A DNA stretch of 64,000 bases from Octopus vulgaris (Eukaryota), in contig OX597815.1 of assembly GCA_951406725.2 (NCBI GenBank), positions 71,610,001 to 71,674,000 on the forward strand, written 5' to 3'. The position numbers and the translations under genes were made by a program. Positions 39,277-51,293 of the stretch are shown piece after piece; positions within the stretch are counted from its first letter, which is position 1, and each line of letters starts with the position of its first letter. The notes below the pieces were generated by a model, which had not been told where the DNA came from, made no database searches, and was given only the letters and a program-made list of their open reading frames with translations.

Positions 39277-39323
<47 letters not shown>

Positions 39324-40109
39324 TACGCATGTCTATTGCATAATGAGAAAGATAGACATATAGTAGACAATTATGTAGCCTCACTTAAATCCATTCTTCC
39401 CTCTGTGTGAACAAGGTGAAGCAGTAATAAACCTTAGATACCAACCCTCCTAAGACTACCCTTAATTCTATGAACCATAGAACCAGTGTTTTAAAGTGAT
39501 CTAAATTAAAACTGCATTAATTTATGTTCCAAACATGAGATTACTAATGACAAAGATATTTTACAAAGTCCTTTATTATTTCCAAATTTAATTGAAACAA
39601 GTAAAGACATGTGGTCCCTCTAATGGTCATAGCTATTACAAGAGAGACAATCAAGAGAAACAGGATTTGAAATTGAAAATGAGGAATTTTAAAGAAAATG
39701 ATGTACAAAATTTGCATATTTAGTTGGGTTTTTTTAATACAAAGTTCTTAAAATTTTTTGTCACCATTATTCAACGGAAATAGGGTAATGAGAAACTTGC
39801 TGAATCCACCCTTTCTGATGTCAGATTATGTAGGTAAAACCAAAACAGCTAATTTTAAAGTATTGATTCTCTGGTATTCTAAAAAAAAAAACAGACCTTC
39901 AACATTGGATTGCATCGATTCCTTGCTTGAAATAATTTAGAAGACTATTTGCAGATTTTTGTAACTTACCAATAACTAAGACACATGTACACACACACAT
40001 ACACACACACACACACATATATACACAGAGACTAACAAGCACAAACACACTCATATGCACACATACACACTCACACACAAGCAATTTACCCTGAGCATGA
40101 AAATTCAGT

Positions 40110-40672
40110 TTTCTGTGGCATTAATACTAAAGGTTGTTTTTCCTTTCTTTTACTTCTTTGATGCAGAACTGTTCATCTGATAGGTTTCCCCTAATAGTAC
40201 CTTTTACTCGATTCAACTCCACTCTCAAAATAATCTTTGTCATATGACTCATTAAGATGGATGTGAGTCTTGGATGATAAGCAAAGTCATGGAGAAGAGA
40301 CTCAAAGCTGCAGAAATGTAGTTTTATAGAAAAATGCTTGAATTTCATGGGTACAGAGGGTGACAAATGAGGAAGTATTGTAGAAGATGAAAGTGAAGAG
40401 ACAGTTGATGGATACTATCAGAGAAACTGGTGATTTGTTGGTCATTTTCTCAGAGAGGATGATGGAATGGAGCATTACATGGTGGAGACTGAGCTGGTGG
40501 GAAGGAGAGTGAGAGGAAGGCAGAGAATGAAGATATTCGACTGGATGAAGAAGAGAATGGATGTGCAGAGTGAGAAAGACCTAGGTGATGTTGCGAGAAA
40601 CAAATAAATGGAGGAGGAACAAGCCATGATTTGTCAACGGCATGAATATGCCATGACACAAGAGAGAGAGTA
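40110..40672 (+). mobile_element. RTE LINE fragment with inverted 5' segment
   Basis: Plus strand from ~40258 GCESWMISKVMEKRLKAAEM*FYRKML..RVTNEEVL; minus strand 40127-40257 LMSHMTKIILRVELNR..LSDEQF (RT N-terminal motifs). Confidence 0.72.
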
Positions 40673-42236
40673 TCATCTGGTAGATGACAAAAATATTTTG
40701 CACATTATGTTGCAACATCTTGTTTCAGCAATTAGATCAGTGTAAAGAAACAATAGATAGTAGGTGGGGCAGGGGTTGAGGCTGAAATAATCCAAACTAA
40801 TAACCAAATATCCATTTAAAAAAAATTTTTTTTTAAAACATAACAACTAAACCTTGCATTGATATATAAAATTTGCTTAATTTTTGTTAAGTTGTATGAA
40901 GTAAAATACATAGAGGATTTTTTCCTGTACATTTCATCACACACATGCACATGCATATACATACATACATACATACACAAAGGGAGTGAGACTATTATTT
41001 ATTTTATTATTTTTATATATCGTTTCTGCTGCAGTCTGCTTTATGGGTAAAAAAACAGGTATCTTCATGGAAGGAAATAAATATTTTTCAACATATGAGG
41101 TTTATGACAAGTACACACATACATACAAGCATGCATGCATTTTTGCTATTTTGTAAGATACAAATTTTATGTCCGCTCAGCAAAAAAAAACCTCAGGAAA
41201 CATTTTAGTTTCAAGTAAACACGCTCATATATTTTATTTTAGTTGTTGTTGTTTTCTTGCCTACATTCTTTTTAACATTTTTTTACATATATTTTTGTTT
41301 ATGTAAATAAGTGGAAAACTGAAATGAGTTATGAAAAAGTGTCCATTGCTACCTGAAATATAATCAAAAACAATAATAATAATAATAAATTATATATAAA
41401 AAAAAAGCAAGGTTTCCTGAACTGAATAGCAAATTTCTACTATGGAGAATATTTTAGAATTTTATTACCATTATGCTTAGCTGGTGATATTCACGTGGTG
41501 GTACAATCTTACTCAAAATTATCATTATTACCCCAATTATTATTGTTTTTTTTATTGTTAAAATAATGAATATATATATATATATATATATATGAATTTA
41601 GCCACCACAACTATCGTTGTTTTTCTCTCTTTTGTTCTCTCTCTCTCTCTCTTTTTTTTTTTTTCTTCACCATTTTTCAAACTTACCATATTTAGTTGCA
41701 ACATTCAATGAAAGAGGAAGCACTGAATGTCATTAATGGTTGATATTGTATTCTGAACATTGCTCTAACTGTTTCAGGTATTCATAAGATGTATTTGCAG
41801 TTTATTTAAAACAACAACAACAAAGAAAGTAAACAAAAACGGTTCTTCTCTCAAACTTATGCATTGTTATTCGGCTGCTTGCTCCGAAAAGCATTAGATA
41901 AAATATATATATAATAAAATTTTAAAAAAAGACATAAGAAGATATCACTGCTGGAATAAAAGAGTTAATATTGCATTTGGAATAAAGAAAACCAAAAAAT
42001 ATTGCTTCCACTCTTACTTCACCTCTGCCTCCTTCTTTTCTTTATGGGGAATATTCATTCTTTAACTAGCGCCACAACTCATCTGCCCATACACTTTAAA
42101 CAATGGTTAACTTTATTACTGTTTGGTTTGGCTCTTGAAGCTAAAATAGAACATTCTTTCGCATAGATGCATTGCTAATTTCAAGTTTAGAATTGTTATT
42201 TGGTGCACATTCTGTGTAACTGTATTTCAATATATA

Positions 42237-42296
<60 letters not shown>

Positions 42297-42328
42297 TATA
42301 TACATATATATATGTGTGTGTATGTATA

Positions 42329-42740
42329 GGTGTAGGAGTGGCCGTGTGGTAAGTAGCTTGCTTACAAACCACATGGTTCTGGGTTCAGTCCCACTGCGTG
42401 GCACCTTGGGCAAGTGTCTTCTACCAAAGTGAGTGGATTTGGTAGAAAGAAGCTCGTCATGTATATATATATATATATATATTTGTGGGTGTGTGTTTGT
42501 ATATATCTATGTGTGTGTGTGTCTTTGTGTTTGTCGCCCCCCCCCCCCCCGCCCAATCACTGCTTCACAACTGGTGTTGGTGAGTTTATGTCCCCGTAAC
42601 TTACCAGTTCAGCAAGAGATCAATAGAATAAGTACTAGGCTTTAAAAAAGTAAGCCCTGGGGTCAATTTGTTCAACTAAAACCCTCAAGACAGTGCTCTA
42701 GTATGGCCACTGTCAAATAAAAGAAAGAAGTTAAAGAATA
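42329..42740 (+). mobile_element. tRNA-head CORE-like SINE with internal microsatellite and CR1-type tail
   Basis: Box-A-like TGGCCGTGTGG, box-B-like GGTTCAGTCCC, GCACCTTGGGCAAGTG core; tail CAGTGCTCTAGTATGGCCACTGTCAAA; a second copy at 44320-44730. Confidence 0.8.
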
Positions 42741-43339
42741 TATATTTTTGTGTGTATATATATATATTTAAATGTGAATCTCTTTGCATACATGTGTTTG
42801 TGATTTAACCACTATCACCACCTGCATGCATGCACACATGCTCACACATATGCACATGCACACAAAGACATGAAGTGAACTCAAATGAGTTTGTTTCTGC
42901 ATGCACATCATTACTCACGCATACAAAAATGTGCGTCAAACTATGAAGGCATGCAAAGATCCTTGTATCACTGTCTATATGCATGGCAACAGTCAGCATA
43001 CACAATTCTTTTTTAGCCCAGGGCTGCAGGAAAACAGGAAATGATTAAAAATACCCTGACATTAGAAACAATGTCATTCCCCACCAACATCTTTTCTAAA
43101 ACTAGACATACTATAGTTATGAGCTGGCAGAATCAGTAGAGCGTTGAAATACATTGTTGAATTTTGATGGTAGTCATTCTGTTCATTCTCACCATCATCA
43201 TCATACCTCTGTTTTCTATGCTGGCATGGTTTGACGGAATTTCTCAAGCCACAGAGCTGCATTGGTTTCCAATAATATATATATATGTATATATAGAAAT
43301 GAGCTTACTTGTTGTATACAGTTCTCTGGTGCACTATAC

Positions 43340-43950
43340 AACTCATTGGGAAAAGTAACCAAAACTGCATGAACAGTGGAGAGAATATACACAGGAAGTG
43401 AACAGTGAAAAAAGTCTTTAACAAAAAAATGAAAGAAACCAGGGTGGGGAGCATCAGGTATACTGTTGGTGAATTTCAAGAAGCATAGAAGTTTTGAAGG
43501 ATATAGTATCTCAACAGCTGACAACTGATGCAGGTAGTTTACTCCATGTTTCAGCAATTCTGAGTGTGAAAAATGTGTCTGAAAGTTATGGGTGCTGTGT
43601 TGATTTTGAGTTTGAGCATATTCACGAGTGTTAAACGTATGGGAATTCAAAAAGGTGTCCAAGGTTGTTGTTGGAAAGATGGCAGATAATCTTGTAGGTG
43701 TCTAACAAGTTAGTTGCCAGACATTGGAGCTTTGTGTCCATGCCCAGGGAAGCAAGATGTTCAGAGTATGGTAGACACCTGACGGCAGGTATTCATCTGG
43801 TTTTTCACATTTCTGAACAGTTTCCAGGAGATTGGTATGCCAAGCAAGATGGGGGTTCTAGACAGATGATGCAAACCCTAAGTGTGGATGTACCATAGTC
43901 ATATACAGCATTAATCAGATAGCTGGAGAATGGCTGACAAAGGTCTTACT
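43340..43950 (-). mobile_element. CR1 LINE 3' fragment, degenerate
   Basis: Minus frames give EHLASLGMDT, FNTREY..QHSTHNF and LRIAETWSKLPASVVSC...SFKTSML. Confidence 0.65.
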
Positions 43951-45044
43951 GAGTAAAGCCAGCTTTGGCATAGTTTCTATGACTGGATACCCTTCTCAGT
44001 GACAACCACTTTACAGTATGTACTAGATGCTTTTTTCATTCCGCTGACATTAGTGAGATTACCAAATAACTTGCAAGCTTGCAAGACAGGAAAAGAACAT
44101 GAAAAGGAAAAAAGTCCCTTGACAAAATAAGAGAAGTATTCAAGAGGAGGCATGTAGCTTTATGCAAGGTGTTTGGAAAGTTAAAGTATGATAATGGAAC
44201 AAGCGCAGGAATCTTGTTATTGAGGAGATACATGGCTACCCTGCATTATATAAGGTTAGTGGATGGGTGCTGAAGATGATAGTGTAGGGGTTCCAGAACA
44301 AACCCTGAAGGAGCATAGAGGTGTGCAGGTATGGTTGTGAGGTAAGAAACTTGCTTCCTAACCACATAGTTCTGGGTTCAATCCCACTGCTTGGTATCCT
44401 GGGTAAATATCCTCTGCTATAGCCTTAGGCCAACCAAAGCTAAGTGGATATAGTACACAGAAACTGAAAGAAGCCAATTGTATATATGTGTGCGTGTGTG
44501 TGTGTTTTTTTTCTTTGTGTATGTATTTATGCCCCACTACCACTTGACAACTAGTGTTGGTATGTTTATATCCCCATAACTTAGTGGTTTGGCAAAAATG
44601 ACTGATAGAATAAGTACCAAGCTTAACAAAGAAACAAAATGAATTACTGGAGTCTGTTCATTTGGCTGAAAATTCTTCAAGGTGGTGCCCCGGCATGACC
44701 ACAGTTGCACGACTGAAACAAGTAATTTTCTTTTAACAGCTATTAAGCTAAACTCAATATGCAACTTAGCTTATCTCCATGCCAACATAGAAGGAGTTCA
44801 TTAAATGATGATGCTCATGTCTCTAAGATGAGTAGAATCATCTATATTGCTACAAGCCATTATCTCAAGTAAAAACCAGTAATTGTTAATCCAGGAACCA
44901 TATTCTGTTACTTATCCTGCTTTGCTTAGAACTCTAGTAGAAGATTTCTTTCAAAGTAGGATGTTTTAACCCCTTCTCTACCATAATTCTGAAATATTTT
45001 GCCTTTGTTTCATTTAATTTTTAAAGGAATGAAAAATTTAGTTA

Positions 45045-46287
45045 TCAGGTCATTAAGAATGAAATGTCCAATTTTGAACTGAAAGCTTATTTTACTTTAT
45101 CCCAACAAAAAGCAGTGCAGTTAATCAAAGTATGCACCGAAATTATCAACACAATTTTGCCATTTTATTGGTCGCTTATTTATATTGGCAGCAAAGAATT
45201 CTGGAGAGCAAGAGATGATGAAATCACGAAAGCTGTCTTTGCATCTTCTTCAGATTTGAAATTTTTTCCTTGCATAAAGTTGTCTAATGCCTGGAAAATG
45301 TGATAGTCAGTTGGTGCAAGGTCTGGTAAATATGGTAGATGACAGTACTTCCAAGTTCAATTCCTGTAACTTGAATAGTGTTCTTTGGGCAACATGTGGT
45401 CGAGCACTGTCTTGCAAGATAATTGGCCTGTCTCTATTGACCAATCTTGGTTGTTTAATTGCAAGGTCACTCATCATTTCATCCACTTGGTTGATGTATA
45501 CATCCACTGGAATTGACTTACCAGGTCTCATGAAGCTATAGTGGATGACATCAGTGCTGGACCACCATTAGCTTTTTTTGGTGAATATTCTTTTTTCGAT
45601 TGTGTTTTGGCACTTTATCTCTATCTAACCACTATGCAGAACACTTGCTATTGTTGGAAAGAATCCATTTGTCATTACAAATAACAATATGATGCAAAAA
45701 TGGTACGCTTTTATACCATGACAGCAAAGAACAGCAAGTTTCAAGATGACATGTCATTTGATGCTCATTCAGTTCATGTGATACCCACTTGTCCAAATTT
45801 TTTACCTTGCTGATTTGTTTCTGATGGTCCAATACAGTTGGAATCAAAACATCAAACCTTGTTGCTAACTCATGCATAGTTTGAGATGTATCCACTTTCA
45901 CTAGTTTCCAGCTCATCATTATCCACCTTGGTCTCAAGTCTACCACGGGGCTGATTTTCAAGAGTAAAGTCGCCAGACCGGAACTCCTCAAACCATTGAC
46001 ATACACTGCACTCATTCACTACATCTTCACCAAACACCTCATTGACATTTCGAGATGTCTGGGATGCATTAGTTCTACAACAGAACTTATATTCATAAAC
46101 AACACAAATTTTTTATCTATCCATGGGTTCACGAAAATTGATTTACAAGAGAAAGCTCACAATGTAATCAGACACCATGAATTACATTTCAAAAACTGAT
46201 GATGTAACTCTTTAATATTGTATTAGAGTTAATGACTGTCAAACTTGGTGCATAAGAAAATTGGACATTTCATTCTTAATGACCTGA
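45045..46287 (-). mobile_element. mariner transposon, full length, degenerate transposase
   Basis: Perfect 31-bp TIRs TCAGGTCATTAAGAATGAAATGTCCAATTTT, TA TSD; KWVSHEL and LQDSARPH motifs on the minus strand. Confidence 0.93.
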
Positions 46288-46370
46288 TAAATAATGAAGA
46301 ATTATTTGGAACATGAAATTTTGATGAAAGATTTTAATTTAGATAACCTTAAAACAAGAAGTTTGTAGCA

Positions 46371-46591
46371 TTCACCCTTTAGCATTTAAACCAGCCATAT
46401 CCAGCCCAAATATTCTACCTGTTATGTTTAAATGAGCCATATTTGACCTCTCACACCTATCCTATGATGTCATTCTAAAAATAAACTCATCATCGAAATT
46501 TGAAGCTAAGAGATAATGCATGATTGATTCAAAACAATGTGAATAAATAAGCATTACATTTCATAGAGTGGTTTGAATGCTAAAGGGTTAA
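46371..46591 (+). mobile_element. piggyBac-type MITE family B
   Basis: TTCA|CCCTTTAGCATT...AATGCTAAAGGG|TTAA. Confidence 0.85.
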
Positions 46592-48978
46592 ACTAGAAGT
46601 GGCTTCAGGTAGATTGGAATCAAAGGGGTTAAGCATATAAATATATTTTAGTATGCTAAATATTTTAGTTGCCATACTATAATATCAATGAGTAAGTTTG
46701 AAAAGAATGTTGCCAAATATTTTCTCTAATATATTGATTTGCTCATTTCTCATCTCCTAACATTGTTTTAGTAAACATGTTTCGAATTTGATATTTGCAT
46801 TGATTGAAAATAACTACAGTACCATGTAATTTGATAGCCATTTTAAAACTAATGGATATCACACTCCCATACATATATTTACAGATATTTACACACAAGT
46901 GTGCAACACTGAGTTCAAAACAATAATATTCAATATACAGTAAATTTGCTTTTTTTGTTTATCATATATTTATTTGTCTGTTTTAGTTTATTTGAATTAT
47001 CAGAAAACCTAAGTAGAACTTTCTACGGTTTGTAAACTACAAGGCTTCCTTCTTTGCAGAATCCTTACAAAACTCTGTTCAATTAATACTGCAATAAAGG
47101 TTATACTGATATTTTAAGTGCTGCAACTATGTAGAAGCATTCATTACACATACAGGTTCTGTATTCAGTTTACATATTTGCTTAGTAATTTCGTATAGTA
47201 AGAGGACCTAATCATTGATATATAGTAGAGACAACTAAGAGGTTATACGTGCTGGCATGGCTATGTGGTTAAAAAGCCATCTGCTCTTGGGTTCAGTCTC
47301 ACTATGTGACATCTTGGCAAGTGTCTTCAGAAATGATTACCTTACTCGAAAACAGTTGAGTGTTGGCAACAGGAAGAGCATCTGGTCATAGAAAATCTGC
47401 CTCAACAAATTCTGTCTAACCCATGCAAGCATGGAAAAGTGAACACTAAATGAAAATAACATATTTTCTGTATACAATGATGAATGCATATGTGTTTAAC
47501 TGAAATGAAAAGAAACAGAAACAAGATAATATTATTGAAAAAGTGATAATATTATTATCAAAACAATGCTAATAACTATGTGTAATACAAGCAGAGTTGG
47601 GGATAGGTCAGCTGGAACAGGAGTCCTTACTGAGGGGTTTGTAGAGAGCCCAGGAGAAGGGAGATGATTAGCACCTTTAGAGTTAAAATATCAATGGAAG
47701 AGAGAGTGAGAGAAAGAGAGGAAGACACAAAGGGGAAGAGGGAGACATTGAAGCAGACAAAAAGTGTGAGGGAGAGAAGTAGAGGAGGAAGATATACAGG
47801 CATAGAGAGAGTGAAAGAGAGGCAGACAGACTGGAAGAGATAGACAGACAGGCAGACAGTCTGGGAGAGGGGGATATGCAAGAAAAGAGAAAGAGGGTGA
47901 GGTGATGGCAGACACAGACTGGAAGAGAGAAGCAGACACAAAGGGAAAGAGGGAGACATCCAAGCAGACACAGAGAGAGAAAGATAGACATTCCAGCAAA
48001 GAGAGAGAAAGGTGGGGAGGAAAACATCCAGACAGAGAGAGGAAGGCAGACACAGGGTGAAAGAGAGAGACATCTAAGTTAACAGAGAGGGACTGAAAGA
48101 GAGAGAGAAAGCGAACAGACAGGGGTGGTGGTATGGTTGGTTGGGGAGGGGGAAAAGTTAAGAGAGCAGATTATGATTATAAATAAGACAGTTATCATGC
48201 AACATGTTAGTAATTGAAATTGCATTTGTGGGAGAAAGAGAGAGTGGGAGAGGCGAGATTGGTGGGAAGGGGTGGTGAAAAACTGGGATGATAATGTGTG
48301 AAGTAGACTGACTGAAAAACAGACACATAGACGCTGCTACCACGACAACAATAACATCATCAACATCATCATCGATAGTAATAAGCAATGGATTAGATTA
48401 AAAGAAAACAATGACTGCATCACCACCAAAACAAAAAAATAAGTAAGAAAAAGAAAAAAAATATTAAAGTTTAAAAAAACTTCACACATGCGTACATGCA
48501 CATATATGCAAGCATGTACACACATTTACAGACATTCACTACATGTGCATATGCACACCCACACATCTTTCATCTTTTTTCTACTTGTTTCAGTCATTGG
48601 ACTGTGGCCATACTAGAGCACCACCTTAAAGGGTTTTAGTCAAATAGATTGGCTTGAGGAGTTTTTTTTTTTAGTCTCATACTTATTTTACCAATCTTGT
48701 TTTCCAAATTACTAGTTTGTGGGGGGAGATAAACAAACCAACACTGGTTATCAAGTAGTGTGGAGAGTCAGGAGGGGTGATACATAGACATGCACACACA
48801 CACACACACACACATACATGAATAAATGCATACATGCATAAATGCATGCATGCATACATACATACATACATACATACATATTTCAGCAGTGTATTTGCCA
48901 GGCATGTAATTCGAAGCCATTACAGTCTGAAAGACACATGTTAGCCATTCATAAATACACAAAGACTGTTAACATCAC

Positions 48979-49416
48979 TTAACTCTTGAGCATTCAACTT
49001 ACTCTGCACATGTACGAGAGGGTGCTGAAAAGTTCCTCACTTTAAGGTATCATGAAAGGTCTGGTTGGAAGAGGTCCAACCTTCCAAGTTGTTTTACAGG
49101 GCTTAGAAAAACTGAAGGACCACTGCAATTAGTGTGTGTATCTAAAAGGGAAATATGTTGAATAAAATCATAATTAACTGATCCTCCTGTATTTTCTTTT
49201 ACCCAAAGCCAGGAACCTTTCAGCACCTTCTCATAATGCTTATTTATTTACATTGTTTTGAATTAATCATACATTGTCTTGTAACTTTGAGATTTCAATG
49301 ATGTTATTATATATTTTTTGAATGACATTGTAGAGCAGGTGTGAGAGGTTGGATCTGGCCAGTTTGAACATAAAGCAGATAGAATATTTGGGCTGGTTTA
49401 AATGCTAAAGGGTTAA
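48979..49416 (-). mobile_element. piggyBac-type MITE family B with a nested mariner derivative
   Basis: TTAA|CTCTTGAGCATT ... AATGCTAAAGGG|TTAA. Confidence 0.8.
49015..49233 (+). mobile_element. Internally deleted mariner (MITE-sized)
   Basis: TA|CGAGAGGGTGCTGAAAAGTTCC ... GGAACCTTTCAGCACCTTCTCA|TA; retains transposase C-terminus GLEKLKDHCN*CVYLKGKYVE*. Confidence 0.82.
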
Positions 49417-49534
49417 ACATCTGTTTGGAATCAAACTTTTTCTTACACTTGGTCACTGACACAGCTCCATCACAGTGACCAAGTCACAGTTTGTGCAATG
49501 GAAATTTTTACCCTAAATAATAAAGGTTTAAGTC

Positions 49535-49887
49535 AAACTGTGTGAAAGTGCAAAGCTCAGTCACTAGAGCATTGGGCTTACAATCATGAGGTTGTGAATT
49601 CAATTCTCAGACTGGGCTGTGTGTTGTGTTCTTGAGTAAGACACTTTATTTCCCATTGCTCCAGTTCACTCAGCTGTAGAAATGGGTTGCGATGTCATTG
49701 GTGCCCAGCTGTATTGGCCTTTGCCTTTCCCTTGGATAACATCAGTGGCTTGGAGAGGGGAAGCTGATATGCATAGCTGACTGCTGATCTTCCATAAGCA
49801 ATCTTGCTCAGACTTGTACTTAGGAGGGAAACTTTCCAAGTGCAATCTCATGGTCATTCATGACCAACAGGGTCTTTACCCATTTTC
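49535..49887 (+). mobile_element. tRNA-head SINE with 13-bp TSD
   Basis: TAAGTCAAACTGT on both sides; head AGCTCAGTCACTAGAGC..GAATTCAATTC. Confidence 0.75.
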
Positions 49888-50002
49888 TAAGTCAAACTGT
49901 CTTTGTGTGTTTTTGAATGGCTAACATGTGTATTCTATGCTGTAATTGCTTCCTCTATCAGCTGTGAAATCTTAATTTATGAATTTAGCTCATTCCCAAA
50001 GG

Positions 50003-50267
50003 CCATTCATCATCCGAAATGTTTGTAAACCAAAACTATTTTTCCCATAGGAAATTTGAGAGACAGAAGGCTCAGCGAATTCAAGTAGGGATGTGCACTG
50101 AGTGAAAGCTAGACAGCAACTGATGCTCTCCCACTGATACTCTCAACTTGTCGCCAACTCTTGGTGCCGGCTTGTGTATTCATCACCCAAGACATTTTAT
50201 GTTCGAAAAATTGTTCATAAACCAGTTTATTCATGATGAGAGGCATTTGTAAACTGAAGTTCCACTG
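50003..50267. mobile_element. Tigger/pogo-like MITE fragment
   Basis: Right end GAAGTTCCACTG; internal TTTCCCATAGGAAAT motif. Confidence 0.5.
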
Positions 50268-50541
50268 TGTGTGTGTGTGTGTTGAAGATGCAAATTTACT
50301 ACATAAACATTTATATGCAAACATGCACAGATGCATACACACCCCAAAACAATGAAATACCCTGCCCCAAACCCAAAGATTTTTTGATGCCAAAGACCTG
50401 AGAGGACAGATTTAGTACAAGGATACAAAGCATTTGGAACAGTTTAAATGTGTGTGTATATGCATATATGTGTGTGTGTATATATATATGTATGTGTATA
50501 TGTATATATATGATTATATGTATGTATATATATGTGTGTGC

Positions 50542-50579
<38 letters not shown>

Positions 50580-51293
50580 AAATGGAGAAATAAGTAAGTA
50601 AAAGAAAAAATATCCAAGCTCTAGGGAAGAGTGGAAAAGGTGGTGATGGTGGTGCTTGGTGGTAGTGTTGTTGTTGTTGTTGTATTGAAATTGTTTAGTC
50701 TACTAAACCATTTTTAGATAGGTTTTTGTTTTTCAGATTGTTTTCTTCTGAAACAAATTTCACAGAAAATGATAAAAATAATAAAGAATTGCTAGCTCAC
50801 TTTCTTATAAAATCTCAAAAATAAATAAATGAATAAATAAATAAAATGGACTAAAAAGACAATGCCATTAAAATTAGAGGTCAAATAATTATCCCCATGA
50901 TACCACTTCCCCACCCCAAGTAGCCATTTTTTCTGCTCCTTGTTGCTCCAACCCAGGACTATATTTCATGATGCTTATTTAACTATTAAAAGTCATATAT
51001 AAGAAGGAAAACAGGCTGAATTGTTAGCATGTTGGACAAAATGCTTTGCAGTATCTCTTCCAACTCTTTACATTAATATATCATCATCATCATCGTTTAA
51101 CGTCCGTTTTCCATGCTAGCATGGGTTGGACGTTTCAACTGGGGTCTGGGAAGCCAGAAGGCTATGCCATGCAAGTCTCTTCTTCCCAACTATTTCCAGC
51201 CATCTTTATGTGATGTGGGGTAGCCATATATTTTCACTATATAAAGACACCCATGCTTGTCTCTCTATCATACTTTAGCAACAGCCCCAACAC

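Larger units (their letters stand above)
44967..46632 (+). mobile_element. piggyBac-type MITE family A hosting a mariner and a family B MITE
   Basis: TTAA|CCCC ... GGGG|TTAA; the pieces around the inserts align with 37050-37640. Confidence 0.7.
48912..49951. mobile_element. Inverted-repeat element (MITE) containing nested insertions
   Basis: Left GAAGCCATTACAG..ACACATGTTAGCCATTCATAAATACACAAAGAC and right GTCTTTGTGTGTTTTTGAATGGCTAACATGTGT..CTGTAATTGCTTC are inverted copies. Confidence 0.6.

Noticed and set aside
42329-42400. tRNA gene
   Set aside because: Only degenerate A/B boxes of a SINE head; no cloverleaf
47627-48120. Leu/Ser-rich ORFs resembling membrane proteins
   Set aside because: GA-rich low-complexity tract with internal duplication
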